NCBI GenBank assembly: GCA_043228905.1
Contig: JBHGNT010000015.1
Location: 3,906,001 to 3,970,000, forward strand
Origin: Azolla caroliniana
Taxonomy: Eukaryota > Plantae > Polypodiophyta
DNA length: 64,000 bases
Direction: 5' to 3'
Within the stretch, counting starts at the first letter, position 1. Each line of letters starts with the position of its first letter. A model generated the notes under the pieces. The model had not been told where the DNA came from. It saw only the letters and a program-made list of their open reading frames with translations, and searched no databases. Below are positions 48,452 to 62,539 of the stretch, one piece after another. The translations under genes were made by a program, and so were the position numbers.

Positions 48452-50684
48452 TTATGTTTCTAATGTTTCCTTTGTTTGTTTTTGTCTTCTTGATGAATGG
48501 TGATCGATCGACGCGCGGTCGACCTTGATCCAGATAGCGATCAACAAAGGAACTTCGGTAACTCTTTCTTGTTTTTTTTTGTATTTTTTCTTCTTCCATC
48601 TAATCATGTATATAGTCAATATGAGAGTTTTTTTCATTCATTCAATGATGTTGTAGTGGTAATTAATTGGTTGTATAAAACTTACATATGTGTATGAGGT
48701 CAATACCTCATTTGACATATATTTGATATGTGATTCGTGTCGTATGCGTACGAGTTTAATCCCTCAATTGCATATTATGTTCACATACATCTGTTACGTA
48801 TGCGTATGAGGTCAATACCTCGATTTTTTGTAAATGATATGCGTTTGGTGTCATATGCGTAAGAGGTCAATACCTCAATTGCGTATTACGATTAACCCTT
48901 ATTATTGGATGTTTCATGTGCGTAGAGGCTATATGCCTCGATTACGTGTCTCGATTTCATCATATGTTGGCTATTTGATGTTGCGATTTTTCTTAATATA
49001 CGCATAAGTGGTCACGTGTATACGTATTTGATCGTATATGTGTGATAAATATACATATGTGTATGTTAGTTATAACGTAATTTCTATATCTAATGTTGTC
49101 CTTTTCAGAGAAAGGATCTTGGTGTCCGTCCTTCACATTTATGTGAGAATGGCGTAGTCATCATCCTTTTTTCAACAATATTTTTTGTTGACATCCCCGT
49201 TGGTCACTTCGATTTCGTTATGTAATGAAACAATCATAGCCACAATGATGGTGAGAACGTAGGGCTTGACCCACTTCATGTGAGGTTGCTCCTAGGACAC
49301 ACATATCCAACATCCCTCCCTCATTACATGGATACGATGCCATGATGAGATCATTCTTACGAAAGGTATTCGTAATGACGTAACCATGTGATGGGCCACG
49401 TGGGCCTACTACGAAAAGAGGGCTCATTTGGCTTTACCATTAGGTTGCACTTTGGTGTATGCCATCGTAATTATGAGACTTGAGGTTAGGTAACGCACCA
49501 ACATAGTTTGTGGTAAATGAGGGGGAAATAAGGACTCTTGACATATATGTTTCTTTTAAAAAAACATATATGAGCAAATGCCTTGCATATCTCTTATACG
49601 CATAAAACATTAAACATTCAACACGAGCAACCTATGGATTTGTTCTCGAGGTTTCGAGTTCAAATATGACCAAGACCATACAACATTGTTGATACATATG
49701 ACTATAATACATGTTTAGACTTTAGGTCTAAGTGCACTTCGGGGTCCTCGTAATAGGACTTAAAGAACCGAAACCACATATGTGGGCACAGAAACATAGT
49801 TTATTGTTAACATTTTTTTCGTGTATAAACTATTCATGATGCAAACATACATGGTTGAGCCTTGGGGAGCCGCCATGAAAAAATCGATATAGAGATCAGG
49901 GAAAGACATTCATTTGTCACCCCCAACGTTTTTAAAACACCTTTGTGTTACCATAGTAACCTGATCTTGAACCTCATCTCATACATCTACAGGGGTATTG
50001 ACGTGAGATCATGACATCGATTCATGTGTAGGATGATGGAGTTAACTCCTCGATGTCGTTTGCGAAGTTCGGACCGGCGTATACCCTTTTGATGGCGAAT
50101 CAGGCAAAGATGGTTGTCGGACACCTTCGAGCCTCATACTCACTTAACGATTAATAGATGATTAAGCACAATATCTCTCTCACTCTCTCAAGCTCGCTCT
50201 CATAATGAATATAGACAATAAGAATAATGAATATGTTTATTAAACCTCTTTGCTAACAGGTCTAACAGCAATAAGGAAGAGAGATTAATGTTCTCTAACT
50301 AAACGCCTCACTAATCTCTCTTAAGCTTAAAGGTTACAAGAAGGAGGAGAGGAATCTCTAGCTCTTAATCAATAGGCAGATCTTTACTATGTGGTTTATA
50401 TAGCATTTACATTTAGGGTATGAACCTTTCACACTTGGGTGTCCCTTAGACCTCTTTCCTCTTGCCATTCCCTCTTCATAGGTCCTTTAGCCATACTATG
50501 TCCTTGTTGATGCGCCTTCTTCATTACCGGTCGCGGTGCGATCCAAGCGCTTAACAGATAATGATATCGATTAATGTTGGCCCATGATATGTTTACATCA
50601 CGACTTGATGGTATGACTATTTTTCTAACCTTATCCTATTTCTTTGCCAGAAATAATCATTCAATGGCTTAGAATAATGACCCG

Positions 50685-52121
50685 ATGTCATCCGCTCAAG
50701 CGGAAGGAACTCAAGGAAATCCTCCTGGAGCAATCTCCATTGAGTCGTATTTCTTACAAATACAAAATTTCCTTAGTTCAACTGCTCATCAGATGTGCGA
50801 ACTTCGGCAATCTCAAAGTGCTCTCGAGGCACGTATCATTAGTTTACAACGTGACACTAATAGACCCAACGAGCGTTAGGGTGAACCATCATTTGTCGTA
50901 AAGCCATTTACGAGAGAAAAAAAGGAAAGAACCGAAGAAGCAATCTGCACGTGGTTGGGCTGATGGGAGTCTCATTTTGAGCTCTATCCCACTCTAGATA
51001 ATACGAAGATTGCATATGTCGGCCGAGAACTAAGGGGTAAGGCTGCCGCCTGGTGGCGTGGGCTCCGAACTTTGGGGAAATTGCCCGATACCTAGACAGA
51101 TTTTGTCACAGTTTTTAAAGGCCAATTACTGCAACCTCCCTCTCAAACCAAGGCAGCACAAGCTTTAATGAACCTCTCTAGGAGGAAGTTTTCCTCGCTA
51201 GAAAACTATGTTCACCATGCTAGAACCCAAATCCAAAAATCGGGTCTAGAAGGGGATAATTGGTTAATAGCTTGTTTTGTCAATGGCATCCCCAATTCGG
51301 ACTATCACTGGATAGTGCACGATAAGGATCCGAAATCCTTCAAAGAGGCTGTTGAAATAGTTCTTTGCTATCAACGCACTTCGAAGAAGGACCATAACAA
51401 ACCCAACGAAGTGCCCGGGACTAAGCAGTCGCAATTTGCTGGGAAACGCAAGACACCCAACAAATTCATGGATCGTGATTGTAAGTGACAACATCCTTTT
51501 TGCGTATTCTGCAAAAAGAAGGGTCATACAAAAGAACAATGTCAAAAGCTCCAACGGAAAGAGCACGACAACATAGCAAAAGTTGTAGACCATAAAGGTC
51601 AGATTCCTAATGTCCTTGAGATCTATACACATAATTTAAGTAATTGTCAATGTTCTTTCCCTCATTATGTATTGGGACGCAATGATTTGGGAATTGTCAA
51701 TGGATCTCCTGTACAATTTTTATTTGATTTGGGAAGCTCACACAATTTTGTGAATGATCGTTTTGTTCAAATATGGGGAATCCAACCCACCGTAAGTGAT
51801 CACACCTATAGGGTTCCTTTGGCTAATGGAAGAGTACAATACATCAACGAGGCGATTCATTCATTAGTAATTTCTATTGATACTTATGTAGACTTCCATG
51901 TAATTAATCTTTGTACCACTGATGTGATACTAGGTTATCCCTAGTTTTATAATAAAAACTCTTCTTTGTCTATTGATTGGGTTCGTCATTCCATTTCCTT
52001 TGTACTAAACGATTGTACTCATTTTATTCAATGTGTAAATAAACAATCCCTTTCGATTGTTTCCTCTTCATCAATATCTGAGTTGTCTTGTTCTTCTTTA
52101 TTTTATTGTGTACTTGATCCG
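50685..52121 (+). mobile_element. Degenerate Ty3/Gypsy gag-protease
   Basis: LRGKAAAWW; zinc knuckle CVFCKKKGHTKEQC; protease LFDLGSSHNFV...DVILGYP; multiple stops. Confidence 0.85.
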
Positions 52122-55100
52122 TGTTACCGATTAGGGACACGGTCTGCGGTCAGTCCTTCGACCTAGACCTCCAAGTGATTGTGGAACAACGAATGGGGCG
52201 TCTATGCGTAATGTGTAGGGGAATGTTCCTCGTAACCTATCAACATATAAGGGAGACGGCTACAACCGACTCCTTAGCAATGGTTACACTCACGTTCTTA
52301 CACGCTCAGGTATTCTAGACACACAGTAGAGTAGCCATAGCTATACACATACTTTCAGAGAAGATAGAATTCTATTATGATACGCTTCTTTACATTCCCA
52401 AAATACACGCGCCCTCTATCAGAGGTTTTTTGCCCTTTATATACGTAGGGTCTATTTAGCCGTTCACGCTTCCTGCGTGAACCGTTACATGCGTTATGAT
52501 ATTATATTATTTCTTATTCCTACACTCTTGTCTGTCGGTTACTATTCCGGCGAACAACACATGGCACGCATGTGGGACAGTGCCCTGGCACGTCGGACCC
52601 ATCCCGTTAATCTTCTTCTAAAATGGCCCGGATGTTTGGCTCTGCTACAGTGTCCGCGTTTGGAGGCGACGTAGGGCCTGTAGGTGCGTCGTGGTGTGGC
52701 TCCCCTGTTTGGTCGAAATGGTTTCTCCCAATGTCGTAGTTGTCGTGTATGGGCGGTCCGGGTACGATGGGCTCTTCTTGAGCTAGTGGGTTGGGCTCTG
52801 CCGTCGTCGTGCTTGCGGTCGGCCGTGGTTTTGTCTCAATCGTTACTTCCTTCGTGGTGTCGGCCGTCTTTGTACGTTCCAGGGAGTGGGGTTGTGATTC
52901 TACCTGGCTCACATTGTTCTCCGTGTGGTCCGACGATAGCGTGGGCTCCTACGGATGGAGCTCCTCTTGGGCAGCGGTTTAGCTGTCTAGTACTGTGGGG
53001 GACTCCGCTCGTCGGTCCGCGCTGTTCACCGTCATTTTAATTTCTGGTGATCTAGCCTGAGGTTCCTCTTCTTCGACCGTGCCCGGAATTGGCGTGGCGC
53101 TGGATTTCTCATTTGTTCGCGTGTTGCCGTTTTGTGTGATCTGGTGAAATAGCTCCTCCTGGCTTTAACCAAAATCATCTAAGAGCTGCGCGAGTTCTTC
53201 GGAATGTTGGTCTGCTAGCGCACGATAGTCTTGCACTAGGTCCTCGCGTACGGCTGCAATGCTCTCCTCATTTAGTTTATAGAAGCCTTTGCCATCTTTT
53301 CGCCGGTTCTCCCAGTCCGCACGATACGCGTGCAATTCCGCTGATTGGGTTGCCCACACCATCCATCCTTTGTCCAACACCGTTTTCAATTGTGTTTCGA
53401 ACCTCTCCCGATTTGTTTGGAGAAGGATACACACGTTGTCTGTGATGGCCTGACAACGGTTGCGTGCGTCCTCCATCGACTTCTGGAGGTTTGCAATTTC
53501 TTGCTGCCTAACCGCCGCTACTTCTTCGTACGTGGTCTTCAGGCCCACCCACAATTGGGATTCCTTTGCATGTTGTTCTTCTAATTTCCCCATTTCATTG
53601 TTTAGGCAGATTTCGAGTTGATGCCTTCTTTCCTATTCGACCACGAGTTGCTCGTCGAACCATACCTTCTTTTTCTCTAATAAGGCCCGAAGTCCCGCAA
53701 ATGCCGCGTCCGATTTCTTCGCTTCCTCCCGTAATTGGGCGTTTTCGTCTTTTGTCCAGATGTGTTGAGCTACCTCCGTAGCGAGTTTCTCTTCAAGGGT
53801 TTTTACTGCCTTCCGGCCGCTAGCCTGTATCTCCTTTTCTCCGTCTGAGGATTGGCGCAGTTCAGCTCGAAGGCGGTCAATTTTTGATTCCACTAGTTGC
53901 ACGGCCCTTTTCGCTTTTGAGGTGATGGCGGTCTGAGCCTCAATTTCTTCCTTCAAAGCGTCGATGGCATGGTTTGGTGGCGGAGTTGCGTGTTGCGCCA
54001 TAGTCGCGTTAGCTTCCAACTCCGCGGTGTGTTCGTTGGCTTTTTGCAGCTCGGCTTGGGTCATTTTCACCTTCTTCCAGACATTCTTATTTTTAATGGC
54101 CATCTCCTTGGCACCCGTGCTGACCTTTGCCAGTTCCCTATGGACTTTGACTAGGGCCGTGTTTAATGGGGGTAGATCCATCCCCACTCGGCGTACCCCG
54201 GTGTTCCTCTGTCAGCCAACCCTCGCTACTCGGTCCTCATCGTCGCTCTCCGTCGTTTGTGTTAGGGCGCGCTCGATCATCTGGCGCTCCGCGTGCTCCT
54301 CGGCCATTTGTTGGGAGGCTTTTATATGTTGTGTTGCCAGGAATTCCATGAGGTCAAAAGAGGTTCCGAACTGTAAGAGGGCGCTGAACTCATGGGCCGT
54401 ATCCGGGATATCTGGATATGTCAAAACCTCTCTTTCCACCGTCAATACGGCTTTCCCTCGTTGGGACTGGGTCGTAATGATTGGTCGTGGCTCCCAGATG
54501 ATTTCGAAGGTGGTATTGGGCTCCGTAGTTGCGGAGCCATCGCCTTTGGTCATTGTCTCTGCTGTCGTGGGGACGTCTTTGACCAATCCCCGCTCATCTT
54601 TCTTGTCCAATCTACGCCGTTTCGGTCTGGGGCTATCCTACCGTGTTTCAGTGTCTGGCTCTGGGGCTGCTTCCACGGAACGTGCCGGTTGTTCCTCCTG
54701 CGTAGTCCATGTGTCTGGTTGGGCGGTAGGTGTTGTCCGCGTGTTTGGATGGGCGGGTTGGGGTTCCTCTTCCCACTCTGGGGCTGCTAACTCCGCTAAC
54801 CTACACTTTGCGGATCGGGGCGGGGGCGTGGGTCGGCTGGGCTATGGTGTCGGTAGGCCTCGGGGAGGGAATAGTACTGTAAGGTATTGTTGTATGATCG
54901 GCCTGAGCTTTTTGCCTGCTTGATACGCATGCATGCCTTCCCTTACCGCCGGCCCTGTGATGACCCCCCAATCGACCGCACGCCCTTCAAAGGTATCGAT
55001 AATGATGCCCGCCTTCTGCTTGGGCATCCCATATGCGTTGACATGATGTACGTAGCCGACCTCTAACAGGAACTTGGCAACTTCACGGAAGAAGGGATCC

Positions 55101-55755
55101 AGGATCTGCTTCGTTCTATAGGCCTTGGCGGAGGAGGAATATGGCCCGAAATATCGCTGCAGCACCTCTGTAGGAGGGATTTTGAAATGCCTTTCGCCTA
55201 GCGATGACAGGTCCAACTTTTTCCGGATGGAAGAGTTGGTGATCGTGTCGATGTTAAGCTTCCTGGCGATGTCCATGGCATCTGGGTGTGGGGGTGCCTC
55301 TGCGACCCAAATGTACCCATCCAGGCGTTTCTCCACGAGCCATCAGCGTAAGGCAGTAGAGATGAAGATCAACATCGCCAGAGTAGGTTCGTGGGAAGGA
55401 GACTGGTGGTTGCGGTGGGCTGGAGCTCTGTGATAGGATGGAGGAGAAGGTGAGGGGGAGGAGCGATGGGAACGCTGATAGTTAGAAGGTGGGTTTCTGT
55501 TTTGTGCAGAAGATCTTCTATTTCCTTCTTTTTGTGGCTTAGGGTTCATTGGGCGGTGAGCCATCGTGGTGCCGCGTGTTCTTGAACTAGGAGTCTGTGC
55601 AGGCATTTAGTCTTTTTAATAGTCACTATCTTCTCTCTTTTCTTTTTTTTCGTAACGGTTTTATATAGCCTATTTTTACATTATGGTACAAGTGGGGTTG
55701 TCCATTTACGCCGCGGGTTCTCCGGCTCTATCCTTTTGCCGTACTACTTCCCTGG
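52122..55755 (-). mobile_element. 3' part of a GC-rich LTR element: probable 3' LTR (52122-52524) preceded by a long disrupted accessory ORF
   Basis: TGTTAC..CCTACA with minus-strand TATA; collinear minus-strand ORFs 55336-52607 with Pro-rich and coiled-coil segments and no RT/IN motifs. Confidence 0.55.
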
Positions 55756-55761
55756 CATTGC

Positions 55762-57661
55762 AACATGGTATGCCGTACGATTGGACTACAAATTGGATCA
55801 AACCTTTATATAAAGGTGGAGATATAAATAATGCAAACAACTATCGAACCATCTTGGTTGGCTCATTAATGGCAAAACTATTTGGATGTATAATGGAATC
55901 AAAGATAAGTGTATGGGCTGAAAAAAATGGTAAGAGAGCTTATGGACAAGTTGGCTTTCGGAAACACCATAACACCATTGATCACCTTATCACCCTTCGA
56001 GTATTAATGGAGGAAAGTCACCTTAGAGGTAAAGGTTTATATTGTTGCTTTGTAGACTTCAAGAAAGCTTTTGATATGGTACCTCGTGAGCATCTTTGGA
56101 GGCGAATGGAAGAACTTGAGGTGCCAAGTGAATATATGCTTGCAATTTCCCAAATTTATGAGAAGGTTATATGTTGTGTGTGCATGAGAGATAAACTTTC
56201 AGATTTTTTCAAAAGCACTATTGGTGTTAAGCAAGGATGCCCACTCTCACTAACACTATTTGGTCTATGCATTGATGAATTGGACGAAATGGTTACCAAG
56301 TTTTCAAAGGAAGAATGTGTCGAAGAAATTGGCATTAGGAATGTTGTGATTATGCTTTTGCTATATGCAGATGATGTAGTGCTTTTTGCAAATACTTTAG
56401 GAGATGTACAAAAGCTTATGAAGGCATTGGAAATTTTTTGCATGCATACTAAATTAAGTGTCAATAGCTCTAAAACAAAGATTATGCTTGTGAAGAGTCA
56501 AAAAAGAGATAAATCATGCATTATGTACAACAATGAGCCACTTGAATGTGTGGAAAGCTTCAAATATCTTGGCCTTGAAGTTCCTTCAAATCATAGATGG
56601 AATGAATGTGCTACACACCGTGTAGAGGCGGGTAAGCGAGCATACTATGCATTTGAGAACACATGCAATCTTGGAGATATTAAGTGTTGGGTCCTCAAGA
56701 AATATCTTTTCGACACTTTGGTGACACCAGTTCTTCTCTATGGGGTGGAAGTATGGGGCGGTAGCATCCCTTAATCTATGTGGAAAGAGTTTGAAAATGT
56801 CCAAAAACATTTTCTTACAAAGTTTCTATAAGTTATGAAACAAACGCCCTACACCCTCCTCCTCCTTGAGACGGGATCGCTTCCCATTGATATCATGGTC
56901 ATGGAAAGGGTTGTTGAATACATGCTTAAGGTTCAAAAAAGTCCCTCACATCGACTTCCTAGAATTGCGTGGGAAGCAAACAAAAAGATCCAAAAGACGC
57001 ATAAAAGCAAAATTTTGTGTTTCGGTTGGATGCAAGATATAGATTAATGGTTTGGTAGATGGGATGCGAGACACTTGCTTCATGATGCATCATTAGATTC
57101 CTTTGTAAATGAGGCCTTTTTGCAACGCCAATGTATCATGACATGGGACAAATGTGGAGGCTCGCGCTTCACACATTATACTACACATGTTGCACCTAAC
57201 TACAAAACCATATTCTTTGCGGAACGGGGAAATCGTACACATCGATACATGTTAGAGCCCATACCGTTATCTGCCATTCAAACCATTGCTTCGATGTGAC
57301 TTAGCTCACATGCATTCCGATGTGAAACAGGGCGTTGGGGCACAAGTGATGAGAGTGGTCGGCAATGCACACTTTGCCCTAAACAGGTTTGTGAGTCTGA
57401 GTATCACACTTTGATACAATGCTCTGCCTTTGATCATATTCGACCATGCTTTCCACATCTCTTCGACCAAGCCCAATCTTTGCATGAATTCCTCTCACAA
57501 CCACAATGTGCACTCTCAATTGCAACATTCATTGGTAAAGTTCTTGAACATCGAGAGTCACTACTTACTTTCACATGTATCACGTGAAATGTAATATTTT
57601 TGGTCTCATAGTTCATATTTGACCTCTGAAGACGATAATATAATCTATCTATCTCTCTCTC
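55762..57661 (+). mobile_element. 5'-truncated RTE-like LINE with RT domain
   Basis: NYRTI, QVGFR, FVDFKKAFD, GVKQGCPLS, LLYADD, FKYLG, PVLLYGVEVWG; C-terminal CTLC..ESEYH..C; (ATCT)/(CT) microsatellite tail. Confidence 0.9.
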
Positions 57662-57744
57662 GAGTTCTACACCCTCCTTCCCTCTTAGTGCTAATCTGCT
57701 TCTCTAATACTAATTCCCTCTTTGTCTTAGTAATATTCATGACA
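57662..57744 (+). mobile_element. 3' end fragment of a Tcn1-like LTR
   Basis: caccct..ttagtgctaatc..tactaattc resembles 63565-63630; ends TCATGACA, the inverse of TGTCATGA. Confidence 0.5.
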
Positions 57745-59973
57745 TTAGGATGGACGAATGTTCATCCTCGAAACCAATGATGTAGGCACCTCTATGTTTG
57801 CAAAAGGGCAGACATCTACCTCTGGCACAAACGGATCGGCCACATCAACTTCCAGAAGCATTAGGAGATGTAGTCAAAACATGTTGTTTTCGGACTGTCA
57901 AAGTTTAGTGATCGGAAAGGCCAAATATGTGAAGCTTGCCAGCTCCGGAAGCAGCATAGGCTTCTGTTTGAAGAATCGAAGCCGTAATCAGAGCCATAAT
58001 CGAAGCCGTAATCGGTTCAATCTCATCCATTTGGATATGTGGGGACCGACTCAAAATGTAAGCATCGGCGGGAGTCGATATTTCATCTCCTTCATCGACG
58101 ATTTCAGCCAACACACCTAGATCTACTTAATCAAGAAGAAGAGCAAAGTCTTCTCATGCTTCCGGGACTTAAATAATCATGTTGAACGAGAAACCGGAAG
58201 GAAGATCAAGTGTCTGAGATCGGATGGGGGGAAAAAGTACTTTTCTGGCCAGTTCACTACTTATCTACAGACCAAGGGAATCTGACGAGAGTTCTCCTAC
58301 AAATATACGCTGGAGCAGAACAACGTGGCCGAACATCGGAATTGGACGCTTATAGAAGCGGCAAGGGCGATGCTAGAAGAGAAGTGCATGCCCTAGATTT
58401 ATTGGGCCGAAGCAATTTGGACAACCGTCTACACGAATTGGATATCTGCCTCAGGGACAACGATGTCACCGCACATACTGTATTTGGAGTGGAAGACGAA
58501 TTTGGCGCACCTACAGGAATTTGGCAACATTGCATATGTGCATGTGCCGGATGAGAAGCGATAGAATTTGGATGAAAAATCCGAGAAGTGCATCCTGATT
58601 GGCTACTCCGACAAGCAGAAGGGATACAAGTGCTACAACCCCCATTCAAAGCAAGTTTGAGTTAGTCGTAATGTCGTTTTCGACAAATCCACATCTTGGT
58701 ACTTCTCATTACCCGAACCCGAGCCGATTGTTGTGGACTATGCAACTAATTCTAGAACAAACAGCATAGTGGATGTAACGAAAGGAGTGAAGCTGGTTAG
58801 TTACCGATGGGTGTATAAAGTCAAATACAATGTCGACGTCTCCGTTAACCGGTGCAAGTCCTGACTTGTGGCTAAAGGCTACATGCAACAATACTGAATC
58901 GATTATGAGGAGACTTTCGCGTCGGTCGCGAAGATGACGACAGTTCGTGTCTTGCTTGTAGTGGCAACGGCGAACGTGTGGCATCTACATCAGATGGATG
59001 TGAAAAAAGTGTTCTTGCAAGGTGATCTTGAGGAACAAGTGTATATGATTCAGCCCCCCGGATTTCAGTCCGGAATGAACACGTCGGATGTTTGCCAACT
59101 GAAGAAGTCCCTTTACGGACTAAAGCAAGCCCCGCGTGCCTGGAACGCGAAGATCACGCAGCAACTGCATCAGATGGGGTTTCCCGTGTCAAAGTCAGAC
59201 TCTTCACTTTTCATCTGGCATGGTCAGAATGGGTCGGTAAGCATTTTGCTTTATGTTGATGACTCAGTCATCACCGGCGTGGAACTGAACGAAATTGACT
59301 ATGTCAAATCCGAACTCGCGGCATCGTTTGAAATGAAGGGTCTCGGGGACCTTCATTAATTCCTCAAGGTCAAAGTGATTCGCACCTCGAAAGGCATACT
59401 AGTTAGTCAATGCCATTATGTGTTGAGTATGCTCTTCAAATTCGGTATGATGGAATGCAAGTCCATCTCAACTCCTCTGGATAGGAATGTGAAGCTTTGC
59501 CCCAACTCCGGAACGGCCTGCGATCCGAAAAGCTTCTGGCAAATAGTCGAAAGCCTTATATACTTGACCATCACCCGGTCGGACCTCAGCTATTCGGTCG
59601 GCTTGATCAATCAATTCATGGCGCATCTGACCGTGGAGCACCTGTAGTGAGCGCACCGAATACTCAGGTATGTTAGCGGCACGAAGGATAGTGGGTTGAT
59701 GTATCATGATGGTATAGTCGGTCAACTTGCTGGCTATATAGATCCTGATTGGCGGAAACGCCAGTGATCGAAGGTCCACTTCCGGATTTGTGTTTTCACT
59801 TGGAAGTGCCGCGATTGCCTGGAGCAACAAGAAACAGCTGGCAGTCGTACTATCGAGCACCGAGGCCGAGTATAGAGGAGCGGTTGTTGCAACGTGCGAG
59901 CCATATGGCTTAAACAACTATTAAAGGATTGTAGGTGGAGGTGTCCAATTCGACAACGATCCATTATGACAAC
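57745..59973 (+). mobile_element. Degenerate Copia pol (integrase, RT, RNase H)
   Basis: [54 protein letters not shown]. Confidence 0.88.
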
Positions 59974-60563
59974 TGTTATGTAAGGTTGTCCCTCCTTATG
60001 GGGGGGAGTCAGTTGAAAAGCCGAAATTGGCCTAGGACCGGAAAAATAGATTTAGGGAATGCATATAGTCCGGGACCAAACTAAAAACATGTTATGGCTG
60101 TCACAAGAGAAATATGTGATAGAAGTTTTGCAAAGGTTTAACATGTTTAATGCAAAATCTATTGGATCTCCATTGTCGGTGAATTGTAAACTAAATTCAA
60201 GACAATGTCTTAAAACAAAGACAGATAAGGTAGAGATGAGGAGGGTGTCGTATGCCTCGACTGTTGAGAGCCTAATGTATGCTATAGTCGGCACTAGGCT
60301 GGACATTGCATTTGTCGTTGGGATAGTTAGTCGCTACATGAGTAATCTTGGAAAGGAGCATTGGGTTGCCATAAAATGGATACTCATATACCTCAAAGGT
60401 ACTTCAAGTGTATGCCTTAGATATGGCTCCGGGAAACCTATGCTTGAAGGTTTCAGATATTCTAATATGTCAAGTGATGTAGATTCCAACGATCCACATC
60501 AAGGTATGTGATGACTTATTCAGGGGAAGCTGTGTCATGGCGATCAAGATTGCAAAAGGTCGT

Positions 60564-62095
60564 TGTCGTGTGGTTTTTCACACACGATATGAAAACTAGT
60601 AAAATAATTATTTATGATTAGCTTAATATATGGATATGGAAATATAGATGTGTTCAAGAGCTTCATAGCGTATTTTACTACGCATAAAACGAATAAACAA
60701 GTATCAAGTTATGTGAGTGTAAAGTTTGAAGAAAAGACAAAACTATAAGATATCCCACATAGATAGGACAACATTGGAACCCAGAATATATAAGGGAAAC
60801 CAAAACATATTCATTCTATCAATGTGTGGAGCATAGAAAGTTCAAGGTGACTTGGGCTACACTATGTGGTGTGCATGCTTCTGGTGTATGTGCGTGTGCA
60901 TGGTTGCGTGGATGTTTTTGAATGTACACGCGCATGGACGTCTTCAGATGTATGCGCGTGTGCAAGTTTCGAGCGTATGCGTGGACGTTTCGGACGGACG
61001 AGCGTGTGGGCGCGTGTGTGCGCATGCGCGCATGCGTACACTACGGCGTGGTTGAGACTTTTGTGCGCGGATGCATACACGGTGCGGGTTGGATGCGCGC
61101 GGGCGTGGATGCGTACACTATGGATGCGTGGATGCATACCCTACTATGCAGTTGGGACTTTTGTGCACGGACGCGTCTATGGTTTGGTTGCGATGCACGT
61201 ACGGATACGCACGGGCTAAACTTTATGGATTATTGTGTCATTTGGCCGAATGCGCACACGCGCATGCGTGGATGCGTACACTACGGCGCGGTCGAGACTT
61301 TTGTGCGCGGATGCGTACACGGTGCGGGTTGGACGCGCTCGCGCGTGGATGCGTACACTACAGCGCGGTCAGGACGCGCGCATGCGTGGATGCGTACACT
61401 ACTACACGGTCGAGACTTTTGCGCGCGGACGCGTCTACGGTTTGGTTGTGATGCACGTACGGATCTGCACGGGCTAAACTTTATGGATGATTGTGTCATT
61501 TGGCCGAATTATACGGACAATCGCATGCAACCAAAAGCCAAGGCCATGCAACTAAAAGTAAAAGGCATGCATCTAAAAATGGAAGCATGCAACTAAAAGC
61601 AGAGGCCATGCAACTAAAAATAGAGGCCATCCAACTAAAAGGGGCATGCAAAGTAACGTTGGGGAGGAGAATCAACGAGGAGCTCGATATATGTCCCATT
61701 TTTTCCCTCCTAGTTTTTTTTTCCCCTTTTTTCTTCTTCCCTCTCGGATTCGAGAAACAAATTATCTCACATATTGATATCAAACTCCTAGCTTTGTTTA
61801 CTAGGGCTTTCTAGTCAAAAATTATCTCTCGTATTAAGATCGGACCACTCCTTGCATGGTTGTTGGCTCCTTTCTTTGAAATTTTAATCTCTCATTTCCA
61901 TACCCAACCCATTGTAACACGATTTTGGAATTATATAGAATCGATTTTCTTTTGCAATAAACTAATGATTTTTCTCTTCCACTTGTCTTATGCTTAAAAC
62001 TTGCTTGTGTTGTACGTGTTGCACTAAATCCTTCTAGTCCAGAACCCCGGCGGTTCCATCTCACGATCCGCACATAGTGACGGATTTTCACGACA
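60564..62095. mobile_element. 1532-bp insertion, probable solo LTR, with 4-bp TSD
   Basis: Termini TGTCGTG...CACGACA; TSD TCGT; removal restores RNase H LQKVVALSTTDAEY. Confidence 0.85.
60900..61515. repeat. CpG-rich hierarchical repeat (GCGTGGATGCGTACACTA units within a ~260-bp higher-order duplication)
   Basis: Seen directly. Confidence 0.85.
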
Positions 62096-62539
62096 TCGTG
62101 GCTTTGTCAACCACAGATGCTGAGTATATGGTTGCGATAGAAGCTGAAAAACAATTGATTTGGATGAGAGATTTTCTAAGTGAACTAGGAATGAAACAAG
62201 AAAAGTTCCTACTTCACTATGATAATCAGAGTGCCTAAGAATGTTGCCTATCACTCTCGTACAAAGCACATTCAAAGAAGGTATCGTTGGTTGTGAGAGA
62301 GAGTGGAAGAAAATGAGTTTGTCTTAACGATGCTCCATATTGACGAAAATGGATCAAATATGCTTACTAAAATCTTATTTATGGAGAAACTTGTAGCCTG
62401 CCGACGAAGGACTGGTTTGGTTGACCCCCCCCCATACATGAGTGAAGGGTGAGTTTGTTATGTAAGGTTGTCCTTCCTTATGGGGGGAGTCAGCTAAAAA
62501 GCCGAAATGAGTCGGCTGGCAGAAATAAGCCGAAAACAA

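Larger units (their letters stand above)
59974..62515 (+). mobile_element. Deleted Copia: two LTR 5' stubs around RT end and RNase H, interrupted by a solo LTR
   Basis: TGTTATGTAAGGTTGTCC.TCCTTATGGGGG at 59974 and 62456, the latter after a PPT; LSQEKY, SRYMSNLGKEHW, LQKV|VALSTT. Confidence 0.8.

Noticed and set aside
53964-54923. 319-aa plus-strand ORF
   Set aside because: Antisense shadow of the minus-strand coiled-coil ORF in GC-rich DNA
60900-61515. CRISPR-like array, or the Cys/Arg-rich ORFs over it
   Set aside because: Eukaryotic context, no unique spacers; the ORFs reflect stop-poor repeats
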